Shown here: positions 19,879 through 30,579 of the stretch, piece by piece | How the letters are laid out: every line of letters begins with the position of its first letter | Position numbering within the stretch: position 1 is the stretch's first letter | The notes under the pieces: model-generated | Databases searched by the model: none | Seen by the model: the letters and a program-made list of their open reading frames with translations, nothing else | Told to the model about the DNA's origin: nothing | Assembly (NCBI GenBank): GCA_964640125.1 | Contig: CAZXGG010000001.1 | Span: 94,445 to 158,444 of the forward strand | From: an uncultured Rikenellaceae bacterium | GTDB lineage: Bacteria > Bacteroidota > Bacteroidia > Bacteroidales > VadinHA17 | DNA length: 64,000 bases | Direction: 5' to 3' | Position numbers and translations under genes: made by a program

Positions 19879-20112
19879 ATGAAAATAACGGTACTATTTT
19901 TTGGAGTGCTGACCGAAATTATTACCAGAAACAGGCTTGCCATTCACGATGTGAAAAACGTGGAGGACCTGAAAAGGCAATTGATAGAAAAATACCCGGA
20001 ATTACAGCGGTATGTGTACCAGGTGTTTGTGAACAAAGAATTGATTGCCGGTAACAAATCCCTGAACGATGGGGATGAGGTAGCTCTGATACCGCCTTTT
20101 GCCGGAGGATAG
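19879..20112 (+). CDS. MoaD/ThiS family sulfur-carrier protein
   Basis: 77 aa with a beta-grasp-like sequence ending in the diagnostic C-terminal Gly-Gly (PPFAGG). Confidence 0.8.
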   Translation: MKITVLFFGVLTEIITRNRLAIHDVKNVEDLKRQLIEKYPELQRYVYQVFVNKELIAGNKSLNDGDEVALIPPFAGG

Positions 20113-20125
20113 GCAGTGCAACTAT

Positions 20126-21829
20126 CTATTCTGCTTCAGCAACGATACGGGGAGCAGTGATCCGCAATATTGAGTAATATTGATCCTGATCCATAAGTAC
20201 CTTTGAGGCACGAAGCAGCTGTTCGTCGTGTGAGAGAGAAGCGTGAATTTTGCCGCCCTGGTAATAATAACGACCGGCGATCTCTTCTTTCAGCAGTTCC
20301 AGGATCTCATCCCGGAATGTTTCAAGGTCTTGGTATTTATCGTGGGTCAATTTTTCCGTTAACAGGCGAAACTCCTCTTCTGACCGGTCAAAATATTTCT
20401 CTTTTTTTGCCAGTTCTTCAAGTTTCTTCAGGGCATTTTCGGTTTGGGTGTTGTAATCAAATTTCCTGCTGTCGATAAACTGAATAAAATTTTCATAATC
20501 CTCATCGGAAATCGAAAAGCGGTCGGGAGGTGTAATGGAATCGTGTAGAATGGCATATTGCGTTGCAAAATCGAAGATAAGGAAACGAGAATATAGTTCG
20601 ACGGTTATTTGACTTACTGTTTCAGGATTAATTTGAACATCAGGCACAATACCTCCGCCATCGTATACCGGTCTACCATGGCTTGTTGTATATTCCGCAA
20701 TCAAAGAGTCGGGTATAGTTCCCACACTGCCATCTTCATTCCGGTTTGAATAGTCGAGTGCCTGAATGCATCTTCCACTGGGGATGTAATATTTTGCTGT
20801 AGTAACTTTCAGCTGGCTGTTGTAACTTAATGGTCTTGTGGTTTGAACCAGTCCTTTACCGAAGGTTCTCTCTCCGACAATAATTCCACGGTCAAGGTCC
20901 TGTACTGCTCCGGCTACGATTTCGGATGAAGAAGCCGAACTCCGATTCACCAGAACGGCGATGGGGATAACGGTATCGATGGCTGCTTCGGTGGTGACAT
21001 AACGGTGATCAAATTCCGTAACTTTGCCCCGGGTGCTGACGATTTCATGTCCTTTGGGGATAAACAGATTGGAGACAGTAACAGCTTCCAGCAGTAACCC
21101 TCCCGGATTGCCCCTCAAATCGAGAACCAAACCGTTCAGATCCTGTTTGCTTTTGAGGGAGACCAATGCATTTTTCACCTCTGTGCCGGCACCCATGGTA
21201 AAGTTGCTTAACCGGATATACCCAATATTCTGATCCAGCATACCATAATAGGGAACGCTTTTTATCTGGATTTTTTTACGAACCAGTGTTTTCACGATGG
21301 GTTGATCCAGGCCGGGGCGTTGGACTGTAATCTCCAGTTGAGTACCCGGCAGGCCTTTTAACAGATCACTGATTTTGGTAATATCAAGCCCACGGGTTGA
21401 TTTCCCATCCACCGCGACGATCAGATCGCCCGTTTTCAAATTGGCTCTATCGGCAGGAAAATTTTGATACACTTCGGAAATGACTGCATACTCACCACTG
21501 GCTCTGATCAGAGAACCAATCCCGCCATATTCCCCGGTTGTTAGCAATTGCAGGTCTTCCAGTTCCGATTCCGGAATGTACACGGTATAGGGATCCAATG
21601 TTTTCAGCATCTCATCAATGCTGGTTGTTATTAATTTTTCCGGATCCGTTTCATCGACATAATATAGATTAAGCTCCCGGAAAAGAGAGGTATATATTTC
21701 AATATTTTTAACCAGCTTAAAATCGTTACTCTCTGAAAAGGCAAGAATGAACAGCGAAACAAAAATCAACACACCACCCGTTAGGGTTACCTTCCGTCTC
21801 TTTAAGAATTCAATAGTTTTCATATGCAT
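20126..21829 (-). CDS. S41 family C-terminal processing peptidase (Ctp/Prc-like)
   Basis: N-terminal membrane anchor, PDZ region (GDLIVAVDG) and S41 core (RGNPGGLL, SASSSEI, TFGKGLVQ). The start is ambiguous among 21880, 21829 and 21823. Confidence 0.85.
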   Translation of the reverse strand: MHMKTIEFLKRRKVTLTGGVLIFVSLFILAFSESNDFKLVKNIEIYTSLFRELNLYYVDETDPEKLITTSIDEMLKTLDPYTVYIPESELEDLQLLTTGEYGGIGSLIRASGEYAVISEVYQNFPADRANLKTGDLIVAVDGKSTRGLDITKISDLLKGLPGTQLEITVQRPGLDQPIVKTLVRKKIQIKSVPYYGMLDQNIGYIRLSNFTMGAGTEVKNALVSLKSKQDLNGLVLDLRGNPGGLLLEAVTVSNLFIPKGHEIVSTRGKVTEFDHRYVTTEAAIDTVIPIAVLVNRSSASSSEIVAGAVQDLDRGIIVGERTFGKGLVQTTRPLSYNSQLKVTTAKYYIPSGRCIQALDYSNRNEDGSVGTIPDSLIAEYTTSHGRPVYDGGGIVPDVQINPETVSQITVELYSRFLIFDFATQYAILHDSITPPDRFSISDEDYENFIQFIDSRKFDYNTQTENALKKLEELAKKEKYFDRSEEEFRLLTEKLTHDKYQDLETFRDEILELLKEEIAGRYYYQGGKIHASLSHDEQLLRASKVLMDQDQYYSILRITAPRIVAEAE

Positions 21830-21929
21830 GAATTTTTCTGCAATAATCCGGCAATCATTTGGAAATGCAAAGATAAACAATCCGTCGTGATAACGTCTAA
21901 TTGTTGTGTCCTAAAAAAGGATGAAACGC

Positions 21930-22151
21930 TCAGGGCACGGGATCGTTTCCATGTCCACCCCATGGGTGACACCGCAGGATCCGTTTCAGGCAGAGCCATC
22001 CTCCCTTGAAGGGACCATGTTTTCCTATTGCCTCGATGCAGTAATTGGAACAGGTTGGAGTAAACCGGCAGGTAGCCGGGAATAACGGCGATATCAGGTA
22101 CTGGTATACTTTTACCAGACCAATCATCATTATGCTAAGCGGATTTCTCAT
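21930..22151 (-). CDS. yidD: Membrane protein insertion efficiency factor YidD
   Basis: YQ.LISP...[10 protein letters not shown] motif. Sits directly downstream of rnpA as in most bacteria. The internal ATG gives about 73 aa; the ORF track start at 22196 overlaps rnpA heavily. Confidence 0.85.
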   Translation of the reverse strand: MRNPLSIMMIGLVKVYQYLISPLFPATCRFTPTCSNYCIEAIGKHGPFKGGWLCLKRILRCHPWGGHGNDPVP

Positions 22152-22524
22152 GGTGAGCGATAAGCTGCTGCAGGGCAATGAATAATTTTTCCTCAATCAT
22201 GGAATATGAAAGCACTTCATCTGAGATGTATACAAGCAGAATAGAGAGCTTTTTTTCTTTGGCAGAAAGGGGTTCAAAAAACTCCTTGTGCTTGCGGTAG
22301 GCTTCTCTGATTCTTCGCTTGATCAGGTTACGAACGACCGCCTTTTTAAACCGTTTTTTGGATACGGAGAAAGCAACCTGAACCGGAGATGGTCTTTTTC
22401 CTGATTCAAACATCCAATAGATCCGGAAGGGATAGGTTGTGTGAGTTCTTCCGGATTCCAGCAGTTGGCCGATCTTTCGCGTACTGGTTAAACGCTCTGC
22501 TTTGTTGAAGGTGAATTTTTTCAT
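22135..22524 (-). CDS. rnpA: Ribonuclease P protein component
   Basis: RNR-type basic motif [17 protein letters not shown]. 129 aa. Followed by yidD. Confidence 0.9.
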   Translation of the reverse strand: MKKFTFNKAERLTSTRKIGQLLESGRTHTTYPFRIYWMFESGKRPSPVQVAFSVSKKRFKKAVVRNLIKRRIREAYRKHKEFFEPLSAKEKKLSILLVYISDEVLSYSMIEEKLFIALQQLIAHHEKSA

Positions 22525-22569
22525 CTATCAGAACATTTCAACCGGTACGATCCAAAAGCGTGAAGTGGA

Positions 22570-23322
22570 TTATTTACAATTTTTATTATGCTCTTTGATG
22601 TATTGTTCCAGCGCCATGGTCATGCTGGGAGCCTCTGGATTGGGAGCTTCAATATCAAGGCGTAATCCCGCATCAAGAACAGCCCTTGTTGTGGTTGGTC
22701 CAAAAGCTGCAATTTTTGTGTTATTCTGCTTAAACTCAGGAAAATTCTGTTGCAGGGATTTTATCCCTGAGGGACTGAAAAAGACCAGAACATCATAATT
22801 GACATTGGAAAGATCGGAGAGATCACTACAAACCGTTTTATACAGGATTGCAATGGAAAAGAAGATCTTATGCTTGTTTAACAACGCTGGAATTTCTGGC
22901 TTGTGTTGATCAGACAGCGGAACAAAGAACTTCTCATCCTTATGTTTAAGAATAAGCTCCAATAAACCGGTAAAATTATTGTGACCGTAAAAAATTTTCC
23001 TCTTTCGGTAGACAATGTATTTTTGGAGGTAGAACGCAATCGATTCTGAAACACAAAAGTATTTCATCGAATCCGGAATGGTTAGCCGCATCTCTTCACT
23101 GATCCGGAAGAAGTGGTCAATTGCCGTTTTACTGGTAAAAATAACAGCGGAATGACTTAAAATATCAGTTCGCGTTTGCCTAAAATCCTTTACCGACACC
23201 CCCTCTACATGAATAAATGGTCTGAAATCAATTTTCAGGTTATTCAGCCTGGCTAATTCGAAATAGGGAGACTTTTCATTCTCTGGTTCGGGTTGAGAGA
23301 CAAGTATCTTTTTGATTTTCAA
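22570..23322 (-). CDS. hemD: Uroporphyrinogen-III synthase family protein (HEM4 domain)
   Basis: Size is about 250 aa. The N-terminus KILVSQPEPEN and the position between the DUF4271 protein and rnpA match the conserved Bacteroidota arrangement. The call is mainly syntenic. Confidence 0.6.
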   Translation of the reverse strand: MKIKKILVSQPEPENEKSPYFELARLNNLKIDFRPFIHVEGVSVKDFRQTRTDILSHSAVIFTSKTAIDHFFRISEEMRLTIPDSMKYFCVSESIAFYLQKYIVYRKRKIFYGHNNFTGLLELILKHKDEKFFVPLSDQHKPEIPALLNKHKIFFSIAILYKTVCSDLSDLSNVNYDVLVFFSPSGIKSLQQNFPEFKQNNTKIAAFGPTTTRAVLDAGLRLDIEAPNPEAPSMTMALEQYIKEHNKNCK

Positions 23323-23369
23323 AATGCAAAATTTTAATTTTACTATCTCTATATCAAAAACTTACAATA

Positions 23370-24536
23370 CTACACCAATAGTCCAGATAGCTTAAGAAAT
23401 AGAAGTATTGGCAAAAATTCCAGGCCACAAAGGTATAAAAACCAATATAATATTGAAACTCCTTCCCGGATAAAAATTTGAAATCCCCGAAACAATCGGA
23501 ACATATAGGCTATTAAAATCAGGACCATTCCGCTATACAGAAACAGGGGCAATACGGTATCCGATATATACACCATACCCAGTACAACCGGGAACAGGGC
23601 AAGGCCGAGGTTCCGGTTGAAAAGGAACACCGTATGGGTGTATTCGGCAAATGTTTTTTGGGTTAGTGAAATAGCTCCGAGAAGGTATAAAGCGATCGAT
23701 TTTACAGCATAGAGCGCAATAATAAGAGCGGTCAGAAGAGCATATGCCCTGAAACCGCCCAACCGGCCAATTTCGATCTTCAGATAGGTTAAGGTAAGAT
23801 AAAGGTAGAGTCCGGTATTCAGGTAAAAGATAATGTTCAGACCCAATGCCACACGGGATGAAACACTGCTCCGGTCACGGAAAAGATTATAGGAAACCTG
23901 CTGGTTGATTAATGCCGCGACAGTGCGGGAGAGAAATTTGTTATAAAACAGACGTATCCAGGCTAGGATGATAAATGAGATCAGGAAAACCCCGAGAACC
24001 CAATCATGGGACACAACCATTTTTTCTTGTTCACCCAACCCCTTTTCAGCCTCCTTCTGTAACCCTACCGTTTCTTTCACTGTTTTGACTGTGTCACCTG
24101 TTTCCCCATGATCTTCTATGAAGACCGGTTCACCTTCTTCTTTTCCCAGATAGGAATACCTGGGCAGGTTCAATGAAAATTCCGGAAGGAGTAAAAAAGA
24201 GAGGGAATCCACTGATAAAATGACATGGCTTGAATCAAGCAAAACCACCGGTACGGGCTCAACCTCTTGAATGATACGAAAAGAAGGTCTTTGCGGCTGT
24301 CGGGCAAGTGAATCGATGGTGTCTTGATGGCGATTGCTTCGTTCAAAAAGTGACTGAATATCCTCCGGTGAGAATTGCGGGATTGACAGTGAATCACTCG
24401 CTTTCTGGACGGAATCCTGGCCCGCTTCCATGGCGGTGCTATCCTGAGACACACCGGATGGAATGCTATCCTGCAGGCTTATTATCCATTTTGAAGCTGG
24501 ATTGGTTTGATGCTTTTTATGATCGTTCACCAACAT
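23370..24536 (-). CDS. DUF4271-like polytopic membrane protein
   Basis: Soluble N-terminal half followed by about 6 TM helices. Assigned by synteny with hemD-rnpA, without a search. Confidence 0.5.
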   Translation of the reverse strand: MLVNDHKKHQTNPASKWIISLQDSIPSGVSQDSTAMEAGQDSVQKASDSLSIPQFSPEDIQSLFERSNRHQDTIDSLARQPQRPSFRIIQEVEPVPVVLLDSSHVILSVDSLSFLLLPEFSLNLPRYSYLGKEEGEPVFIEDHGETGDTVKTVKETVGLQKEAEKGLGEQEKMVVSHDWVLGVFLISFIILAWIRLFYNKFLSRTVAALINQQVSYNLFRDRSSVSSRVALGLNIIFYLNTGLYLYLTLTYLKIEIGRLGGFRAYALLTALIIALYAVKSIALYLLGAISLTQKTFAEYTHTVFLFNRNLGLALFPVVLGMVYISDTVLPLFLYSGMVLILIAYMFRLFRGFQIFIREGVSILYWFLYLCGLEFLPILLFLKLSGLLV

Positions 24537-24617
24537 CGATTTCTCAGATAAATAATGGGCAAAGATATATCAATTCGCTGAGAATATTCTTTCATGCTCT
24601 GGTACGCAGTTGCGGGA

Positions 24618-25532
24618 TTAAAAAAATGTGAACTCTGTTTTTTTGCCCGTCCTGAGTGATTCGATGTCAGACAATAAATGATTGGCCAATCGGCTTGCCC
24701 CGAAACGAAAAAGAGATGGTGTTATCCATTCAGCACCCAGGCTATTTGCAACGATAGCCAGAAAAGGAAGAGCCTCTGAAGAGAAGGATATCCCACCGGC
24801 GGGTTTAATGCCAACCCTTTTTCCTGTAGCGGAATAGTAATCACGTATCGCTGTACACATCACACCAACTGCCTCAATCGTTGCAGCAGGTTGAAATTTC
24901 CCGGTGGATGTTTTGATAAAATCAGCACCCGATTCCATGGCAAGCATACTGGCCCTATAGATGTTTTCATGGGAAGATAGCGCTCCTGTTTCAAGGATGA
25001 CTTTCAGTGGGTATTTTTGTGCGACCCGCCTTATCTCTTTTAATTCTTTTTCTACATCCGGAATATTTGATTCCAGGAATTTTCCTACAGAGATAACGAC
25101 ATCGATCTCTTCAGCTCCGTTTTCAATCGCCAGCTCAATCTCGGCTAATTTTATTTTCAAAAAGGTTTGTGAGGAGGGAAATCCTCCGGCGACAGAAGCA
25201 ATTTTTACATTTGGCACTGCAAGCACATCCCGGACACAGGACACGAGTGATGGATAGACACAGATAGCGGCAACATTTGGCATATCCGGGAAACGACTGG
25301 GAAATTGATTTACATTTTCACAGAGTGAACGGATTCTTTTCTCCGTATCGGTTGTATTTAACGTGGTCAGATCCAGCAAACTGAATATGGTCTTCAATCC
25401 GTCCGGGTGATTAAACGATCCGGCGGATGAAATGGCAGAATCCACAAGCTGTTTAACGAACCGATCCGAAATTTTTTTCCTGTAGTTTTTATGTTTTGTA
25501 TCCATTGTGTTACCCTGTGCTGATTGGTGCAT
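24618..25532 (-). CDS. deoC: Deoxyribose-phosphate aldolase
   Basis: Class I aldolase motifs IDVVISVG, KVILETGAL, and FIKTSTGK containing the Schiff-base Lys. An alternative start lies at 25505. Confidence 0.85.
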   Translation of the reverse strand: MHQSAQGNTMDTKHKNYRKKISDRFVKQLVDSAISSAGSFNHPDGLKTIFSLLDLTTLNTTDTEKRIRSLCENVNQFPSRFPDMPNVAAICVYPSLVSCVRDVLAVPNVKIASVAGGFPSSQTFLKIKLAEIELAIENGAEEIDVVISVGKFLESNIPDVEKELKEIRRVAQKYPLKVILETGALSSHENIYRASMLAMESGADFIKTSTGKFQPAATIEAVGVMCTAIRDYYSATGKRVGIKPAGGISFSSEALPFLAIVANSLGAEWITPSLFRFGASRLANHLLSDIESLRTGKKTEFTFF

Positions 25533-25583
25533 CTTTTTTGCAGTCCCTGACGGTCAACATAATTATAGCTTTAAACAAACGGA

Positions 25584-26993
25584 TTATCTCTTTCCGGAAT
25601 TTTTGCCGGGAGCCGTTTTACCTCTTGCTATGGAGGCAAAGATACCACCAAAACAGAGAATTGAAAAAATAAGGAATGCCATTTTCACACTTGATAAAAA
25701 TTCCGCATAATTGGATGGATTGATGTCAGTCCGGCCAATGAACAGGGAAAAGAGCATCATGGCAATGCCCATACTGAACATCTGACCGACCGCTCGCATG
25801 GTTGCCTGTGTGCCGGATGCAACACCGAGGAATTTTTTTTCAACGGAATTCATGATGGCATTTACATTGGGTGAGGAGAATAGTGCAAAACCTGTTCCCA
25901 GGATCAGCAGATTAATGATGATTACCAGCATTGAGGTAGCAGGAGTAAGAAAGACAAGCAGGAAGAGTCCCACCATGGATAATCCCATACCGACAGAAGC
26001 AACGATTCTGGATTCAATTCTATCGGAGAATTTCCCTGAAATCGGAGATAGTATTGCCATAATAATGGGCTGGGAGACAAGCACCAATCCTGCTTCATGA
26101 GGAGGGAGATCTTTGATATATTGCAGGTAGAGGCTTAATAGAAAACCGGTTGCAAAGGTTGCGGCATAGTTTATTAATGCCGCCAGATTTGAGAATGCAA
26201 AAATCCGGTTATGCCGGAACAAGTTTATTTCCAGAACTGGATATGCAGACCTCTTTTCAACCCGGAAAAACCCGCCGAACAATATCAGACCAGAAATGAT
26301 AAACAGCCAGCCAAACCATTCAGGTAGACGTGTAAATCCATACATCAGCAGAAATAGCGCCGCTCCATACAATATACTGCCCTGCCAGTCGAATCGCTCT
26401 TTGGCTGCATCAGCCCAATCCTGTTTTAGCATTAAAAGAATCAGGATAATAGCGGATAGTCCGATCGGTACAAGAACCAGAAAGATACTTTTCCAGCCCA
26501 GATATTGGGTCAGTAATCCTCCACCAAACGGCCCGATCGATAAACCGATATAGACGGCTGAAACGTTGATGCCTAAAGGCCTGCCACGTTCTCCCGGAGG
26601 GTAGACAGAAGTGATAATCGCTGTGCTGGTGCTGAAGATCATGGAGCTTCCAAGACCCTGTACTACTCTGAAGGCAATCAGTTGATGAATGCTGGCAGAG
26701 AGGGCACACAGGATGGAAGTGATGATAAACAGGGCAAGACCAATGGTGTAGATCTTTTTTCTGCCTACGATATCGGCCAGCTTGCCAAGGGGAACAAGAA
26801 AGATTGCTGCAGACAGGATATACGAAGTAGCCACCCAGGAGATTTGAACCGCATTGGCATTAAACTCTTTCCCAATCGTAGGTAATGCCACGTTAATTGC
26901 AGAACCCATGAACGGAGTCATGAACGATGCGATAACGGCAATCGATAACGCGGTTCGTTTAACGGATGTGTCGGGAAAATCCTGGTGAATCAT
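25584..26993 (-). CDS. MFS transporter, DHA2 (14-TMS drug:H+ antiporter) type
   Basis: 469 aa with about 14 hydrophobic segments. MFS motif A-like GKLADIVGRKK follows TM2. Confidence 0.8.
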   Translation of the reverse strand: MIHQDFPDTSVKRTALSIAVIASFMTPFMGSAINVALPTIGKEFNANAVQISWVATSYILSAAIFLVPLGKLADIVGRKKIYTIGLALFIITSILCALSASIHQLIAFRVVQGLGSSMIFSTSTAIITSVYPPGERGRPLGINVSAVYIGLSIGPFGGGLLTQYLGWKSIFLVLVPIGLSAIILILLMLKQDWADAAKERFDWQGSILYGAALFLLMYGFTRLPEWFGWLFIISGLILFGGFFRVEKRSAYPVLEINLFRHNRIFAFSNLAALINYAATFATGFLLSLYLQYIKDLPPHEAGLVLVSQPIIMAILSPISGKFSDRIESRIVASVGMGLSMVGLFLLVFLTPATSMLVIIINLLILGTGFALFSSPNVNAIMNSVEKKFLGVASGTQATMRAVGQMFSMGIAMMLFSLFIGRTDINPSNYAEFLSSVKMAFLIFSILCFGGIFASIARGKTAPGKNSGKR

Positions 26994-27032
26994 GTTGCTG
27001 TTTTACATGGATGGCAAGTCAGATAAGATGAA

Positions 27033-27485
27033 CTATTCTCTGTTTTTTGTGTCAATCCATATCGTTACCGGACCATCATTAATGAGGTTGATGTGCATGT
27101 ATGCACCAAACTCTCCGGTCTTTACCGTTTTTCCCAACATTGTCCCCAGTTGTTTTACAAACGCTTCGTATAACGGAATGGCAAATTCCGGCTTAGCAGC
27201 CCTGATGTAGGATGGGCGATTCCCTTTCTTTGTCTTGGCATGAAGTGTAAACTGACTGACTGCCAGTGCTTCACCATCAACCTCCGTAATGGGCACATTC
27301 ATGATTCCCTGCGCATCATCAAAAATGCGCAGTTGGGCAATCTTCCTGCATAACCACGCCACATCGTCCACAGTGTCTTCAATTTCTATCCCAAGCAGAA
27401 TCAACAAACCGTGGTCAATTTCTGATTTAATTTCTTCTTCAATGCTTACCGAAGCATGGGTTACTCGTTGTATCACTGCACGCAT
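27033..27485 (-). CDS. dtd: D-aminoacyl-tRNA deacylase
   Basis: MRAVIQRV N-terminus, SQFTL motif and GEFGAYM near the C-terminus. 150 aa. Confidence 0.95.
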   Translation of the reverse strand: MRAVIQRVTHASVSIEEEIKSEIDHGLLILLGIEIEDTVDDVAWLCRKIAQLRIFDDAQGIMNVPITEVDGEALAVSQFTLHAKTKKGNRPSYIRAAKPEFAIPLYEAFVKQLGTMLGKTVKTGEFGAYMHINLINDGPVTIWIDTKNRE

Positions 27486-27521
27486 AAATCAATACTTAAC
27501 TGTTTTTCCGATCATTCAGGT

Positions 27522-29264
27522 TCACTTTGATGGTAATGCACCCAGGGTAAAAAAGCGGGGATGGAGGTCGTCAAAATCGGTTTCCTGCTGATACATAGCT
27601 GCAACAGCAAGAATGGTTGCTTCATCAAAGAGATTGCCTATAAACGAAATGCTGGTTGGGGTTCCCCGCTGGTTAAATCCATTGGGAACCACGACAACCG
27701 GATGACCGGTAAGATTCGTTATGAGAAGCTGGTTTCCGCCAAAGCTGGGTGTGACGATGAGGTCGTATTGTTCCATTAGCTTCTGCATCTCCTGAATGAG
27801 CAGATAGCGAATACGGTTTGCCTGAATGTATTCGACGGCAGGAATAAATCGTGCCTGACGGAAAAGATTGGGCCAGGCTCCCCGGTTTTGACGAACCAAA
27901 AGCGTATCCCTGTTGGACCGGGTAAGCTCATCAAATGCTGCTGCAGCCTCTGCATTCAGAATGATTCGCAGGGAAGAGACAGGCAGCGTGTCGGGGAAGG
28001 AGACCGGCATGAGTTCAGCGCCCATCTTTTTCAGAACCGCGAGTGTCTTTTTGTCGTTCTTTTTCGTTGGATAATCTGCATCGAATGCTTCCTTGAAATA
28101 TCCGATGCGAAGGGTTGAAATATCCGGATTCGGGCTATAGTTAAATGGCAGATCGACCAGGGTCTGGTCAATCCCGTCCGGACCGATCATGGCATGGAAT
28201 ACCAGGGCACAATCGGCAGCATTTCTGCAGATCGGTCCGATCTTATCCATGGTCCAGCTTAATGCCATAGCTCCGGTTCTGCTAACCCGACCGTAGGTGG
28301 GTCTGAGACCTGATGTTCCACAACGTGTCGAGGGAGAGACGATAGAACCCAATGTTTCCGTTCCTATGGAAAAGGGGACCAGGCCGGCGGCAGTTGCGGA
28401 TGCGGAGCCGGCAGAAGAGCCACTGGAACCCTGCTTGAGATCCCATGGATTTCTTGTTGTATCGGCATACCAGACATCCCCCATGGCTAAAGCACCCATG
28501 GATAATTTAGCCACCAGCACAGCACCCGCCTCTTCCAGTTTTTTTACAACCGTTGCCGTTTCATCAATGATTTGTTCCTTAAAGGGTGCTGCACCCCAGG
28601 TCGTTTTATATCCCTCCACGGCTAGCAGGTCTTTCACACCATAGGGAATGCCATGCAGAGGGCCCCTGTATTTACCCTGAGCGATCTCTTCATCAGCACG
28701 GGTCGCTTGTGCAATGGCTAACTCTTCTGTCAGGGTGATCACACAATGAAGCGTATCCCCAAATTGTTTCAAACGATCGATGAAAAAATGCGTCAATTCA
28801 ACCGATTTGATTTTTTGGTTTTTTATCAGTTGTGCCAGTTCTGCAACGCGATAAAAGGCAAGATCATTCCTGTTTTTCGGCAAAGAAACATTTTCCGGTA
28901 AGCCCCATTCAACCGGTTCCTGTTGTTGAGGAAAAGTGACCCCGATTGGAATGGGATTAAACTGGATCGAAGGAGGAATGCTATTGTCAAGAGGGAAGGA
29001 GCGGATTTCATTGTATAACTGCGTATAATAGGCAAGGCCACCTGACATCTGAGCCCTTTCCGTCTGGTCAAACTGTAACCCCATGTGATTTTCTGCTTCA
29101 AGGATGACCGTATCGGGAAGCATTGTGCTGGTTTCTGTTCCATCAGCATTCGCTGTTGACTCACGCTTGCAGGCATGGATCACGATGAAAAAAAGCAACA
29201 GGATCGGAATGGACCGGTATATGAAATATTGGTATAAAGGAGTGTGAGAACGAGTCATGATCAT
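27522..29264 (-). CDS. Amidase-signature family amidase, exported (possible lipoprotein)
   Basis: Gly/Ser-rich AS signature GSSGSSAGSASATAAGLVPFSIGTETLGSIVSPS. The hydrophobic N-terminus ends in ...VIHAC. Confidence 0.8.
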   Translation of the reverse strand: MIMTRSHTPLYQYFIYRSIPILLLFFIVIHACKRESTANADGTETSTMLPDTVILEAENHMGLQFDQTERAQMSGGLAYYTQLYNEIRSFPLDNSIPPSIQFNPIPIGVTFPQQQEPVEWGLPENVSLPKNRNDLAFYRVAELAQLIKNQKIKSVELTHFFIDRLKQFGDTLHCVITLTEELAIAQATRADEEIAQGKYRGPLHGIPYGVKDLLAVEGYKTTWGAAPFKEQIIDETATVVKKLEEAGAVLVAKLSMGALAMGDVWYADTTRNPWDLKQGSSGSSAGSASATAAGLVPFSIGTETLGSIVSPSTRCGTSGLRPTYGRVSRTGAMALSWTMDKIGPICRNAADCALVFHAMIGPDGIDQTLVDLPFNYSPNPDISTLRIGYFKEAFDADYPTKKNDKKTLAVLKKMGAELMPVSFPDTLPVSSLRIILNAEAAAAFDELTRSNRDTLLVRQNRGAWPNLFRQARFIPAVEYIQANRIRYLLIQEMQKLMEQYDLIVTPSFGGNQLLITNLTGHPVVVVPNGFNQRGTPTSISFIGNLFDEATILAVAAMYQQETDFDDLHPRFFTLGALPSK

Positions 29265-29274
29265 GGGTTTAATG

Positions 29275-30486
29275 TTATCCTTCGCTGGCCATCAGGAAAA
29301 ATGGTTTCATTTCAAAGCTATGATAAAATGGCCGCAATCGTTCGGTATTGTAATTTTCTTTTACATTCACGATCTTTTTGTGACTGATCACTACATCCAG
29401 CGGGACATTATCATACCTTCCATTTTTCAGAACCACCAATCGGCCGTGGATTCCTTTCAGGAGAAGATCGAGGGCAAGATTTCCAAATGCCATGGGTACA
29501 ATGGAGTCCATCGCATCCGGGTCACCACCACGAACCATGTACCCTAATTTCTGGTTAATGATGTTGATGGTTTTGCCTTTGTTATACGTTGCAGAACGAT
29601 TTTTCAATTCTGCTGAAACGAGGTCACCTATACCACCCAGCTTTGCATGTCCGTATGCATCTTTTTCGGCATTCTTGAAAACCATCTCACCTCCTTTGAA
29701 CATGGCCCCTTCCGAAACGATTACAACCGAGTATTTACTCGGATTCTGATTCCTGTCTTCCACCAGCAGTTTTGTCAGCAAATCAATGTCGAATTTGTGT
29801 TCCGGGATCACACAGCGGTTGGCCGCCCCGGCCATCGTTGGCAGCATGGCTGTAAATCCGGCATAACGTCCGAAGACTTCCATAACCAGCAGGCGTTCAT
29901 GCGATCCCGCGGATGTACGAAGGGTGTTTGTCATCATGATTGTACGGGTTAAACAGGTACTGAAACCAATGCAATAATCGGTTCCCGGAACATCATTGTC
30001 CATGGTTTTTGGAATGGCAACCACCTTTACTCCTTCTTTGTAAAGCCTGACTCCATAGCTTAATGTATCGTCCCCTCCTATGGGAATCAGGTAATCAATA
30101 CCAAGCCAGCTCAGGTTCTTAATGACTTCCTCGGTCAGGTCGTTGTATTTGTCCTTATATTTCTCTTTCAGGTGTTCCGGAATATCGGCTTGCTTCATGT
30201 GACTTGGACGTGTGCGGGAAGAGTGTAGAAAAGTCCCCCCTGTACGTCCCGCTTTATTTACAATATCATCTGACAGAATCATATAACAATTGCTGTTATC
30301 CGCATTTTTGTCTCGAATCAGCTCAGTGATACCAGCCCAGCCCCGTCTCAACCCGATCACCTGGTACCCTTCACGATTCGCCCGGATAGTGACTGCCCGG
30401 ATAGCAGGATTCAATCCGGGAACATCTCCACCACCGGTCAGTATTCCAATTACTCTCTTTTTGTTTTTGTTCTTAATTTGTGTCAT
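29275..30486 (-). CDS. pfp: 6-phosphofructokinase family, residues indicating PPi dependence (diphosphate--fructose-6-phosphate 1-phosphotransferase)
   Basis: GILTGGGDVPGLN, then GGDDT (Asp where ATP-PFKs have Gly) and PKTMDND (Lys where ATP-PFKs have Gly). Confidence 0.8.
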   Translation of the reverse strand: MTQIKNKNKKRVIGILTGGGDVPGLNPAIRAVTIRANREGYQVIGLRRGWAGITELIRDKNADNSNCYMILSDDIVNKAGRTGGTFLHSSRTRPSHMKQADIPEHLKEKYKDKYNDLTEEVIKNLSWLGIDYLIPIGGDDTLSYGVRLYKEGVKVVAIPKTMDNDVPGTDYCIGFSTCLTRTIMMTNTLRTSAGSHERLLVMEVFGRYAGFTAMLPTMAGAANRCVIPEHKFDIDLLTKLLVEDRNQNPSKYSVVIVSEGAMFKGGEMVFKNAEKDAYGHAKLGGIGDLVSAELKNRSATYNKGKTINIINQKLGYMVRGGDPDAMDSIVPMAFGNLALDLLLKGIHGRLVVLKNGRYDNVPLDVVISHKKIVNVKENYNTERLRPFYHSFEMKPFFLMASEG

Positions 30487-30579
30487 TTGTTCCTGTTTTT
30501 TAACGTTAATTCTTTCGCTTTCCCGTCGTATATTCCGGTTGAAAAACCGGATAAAAGTATTAAAAAAACCGGTTCATTA

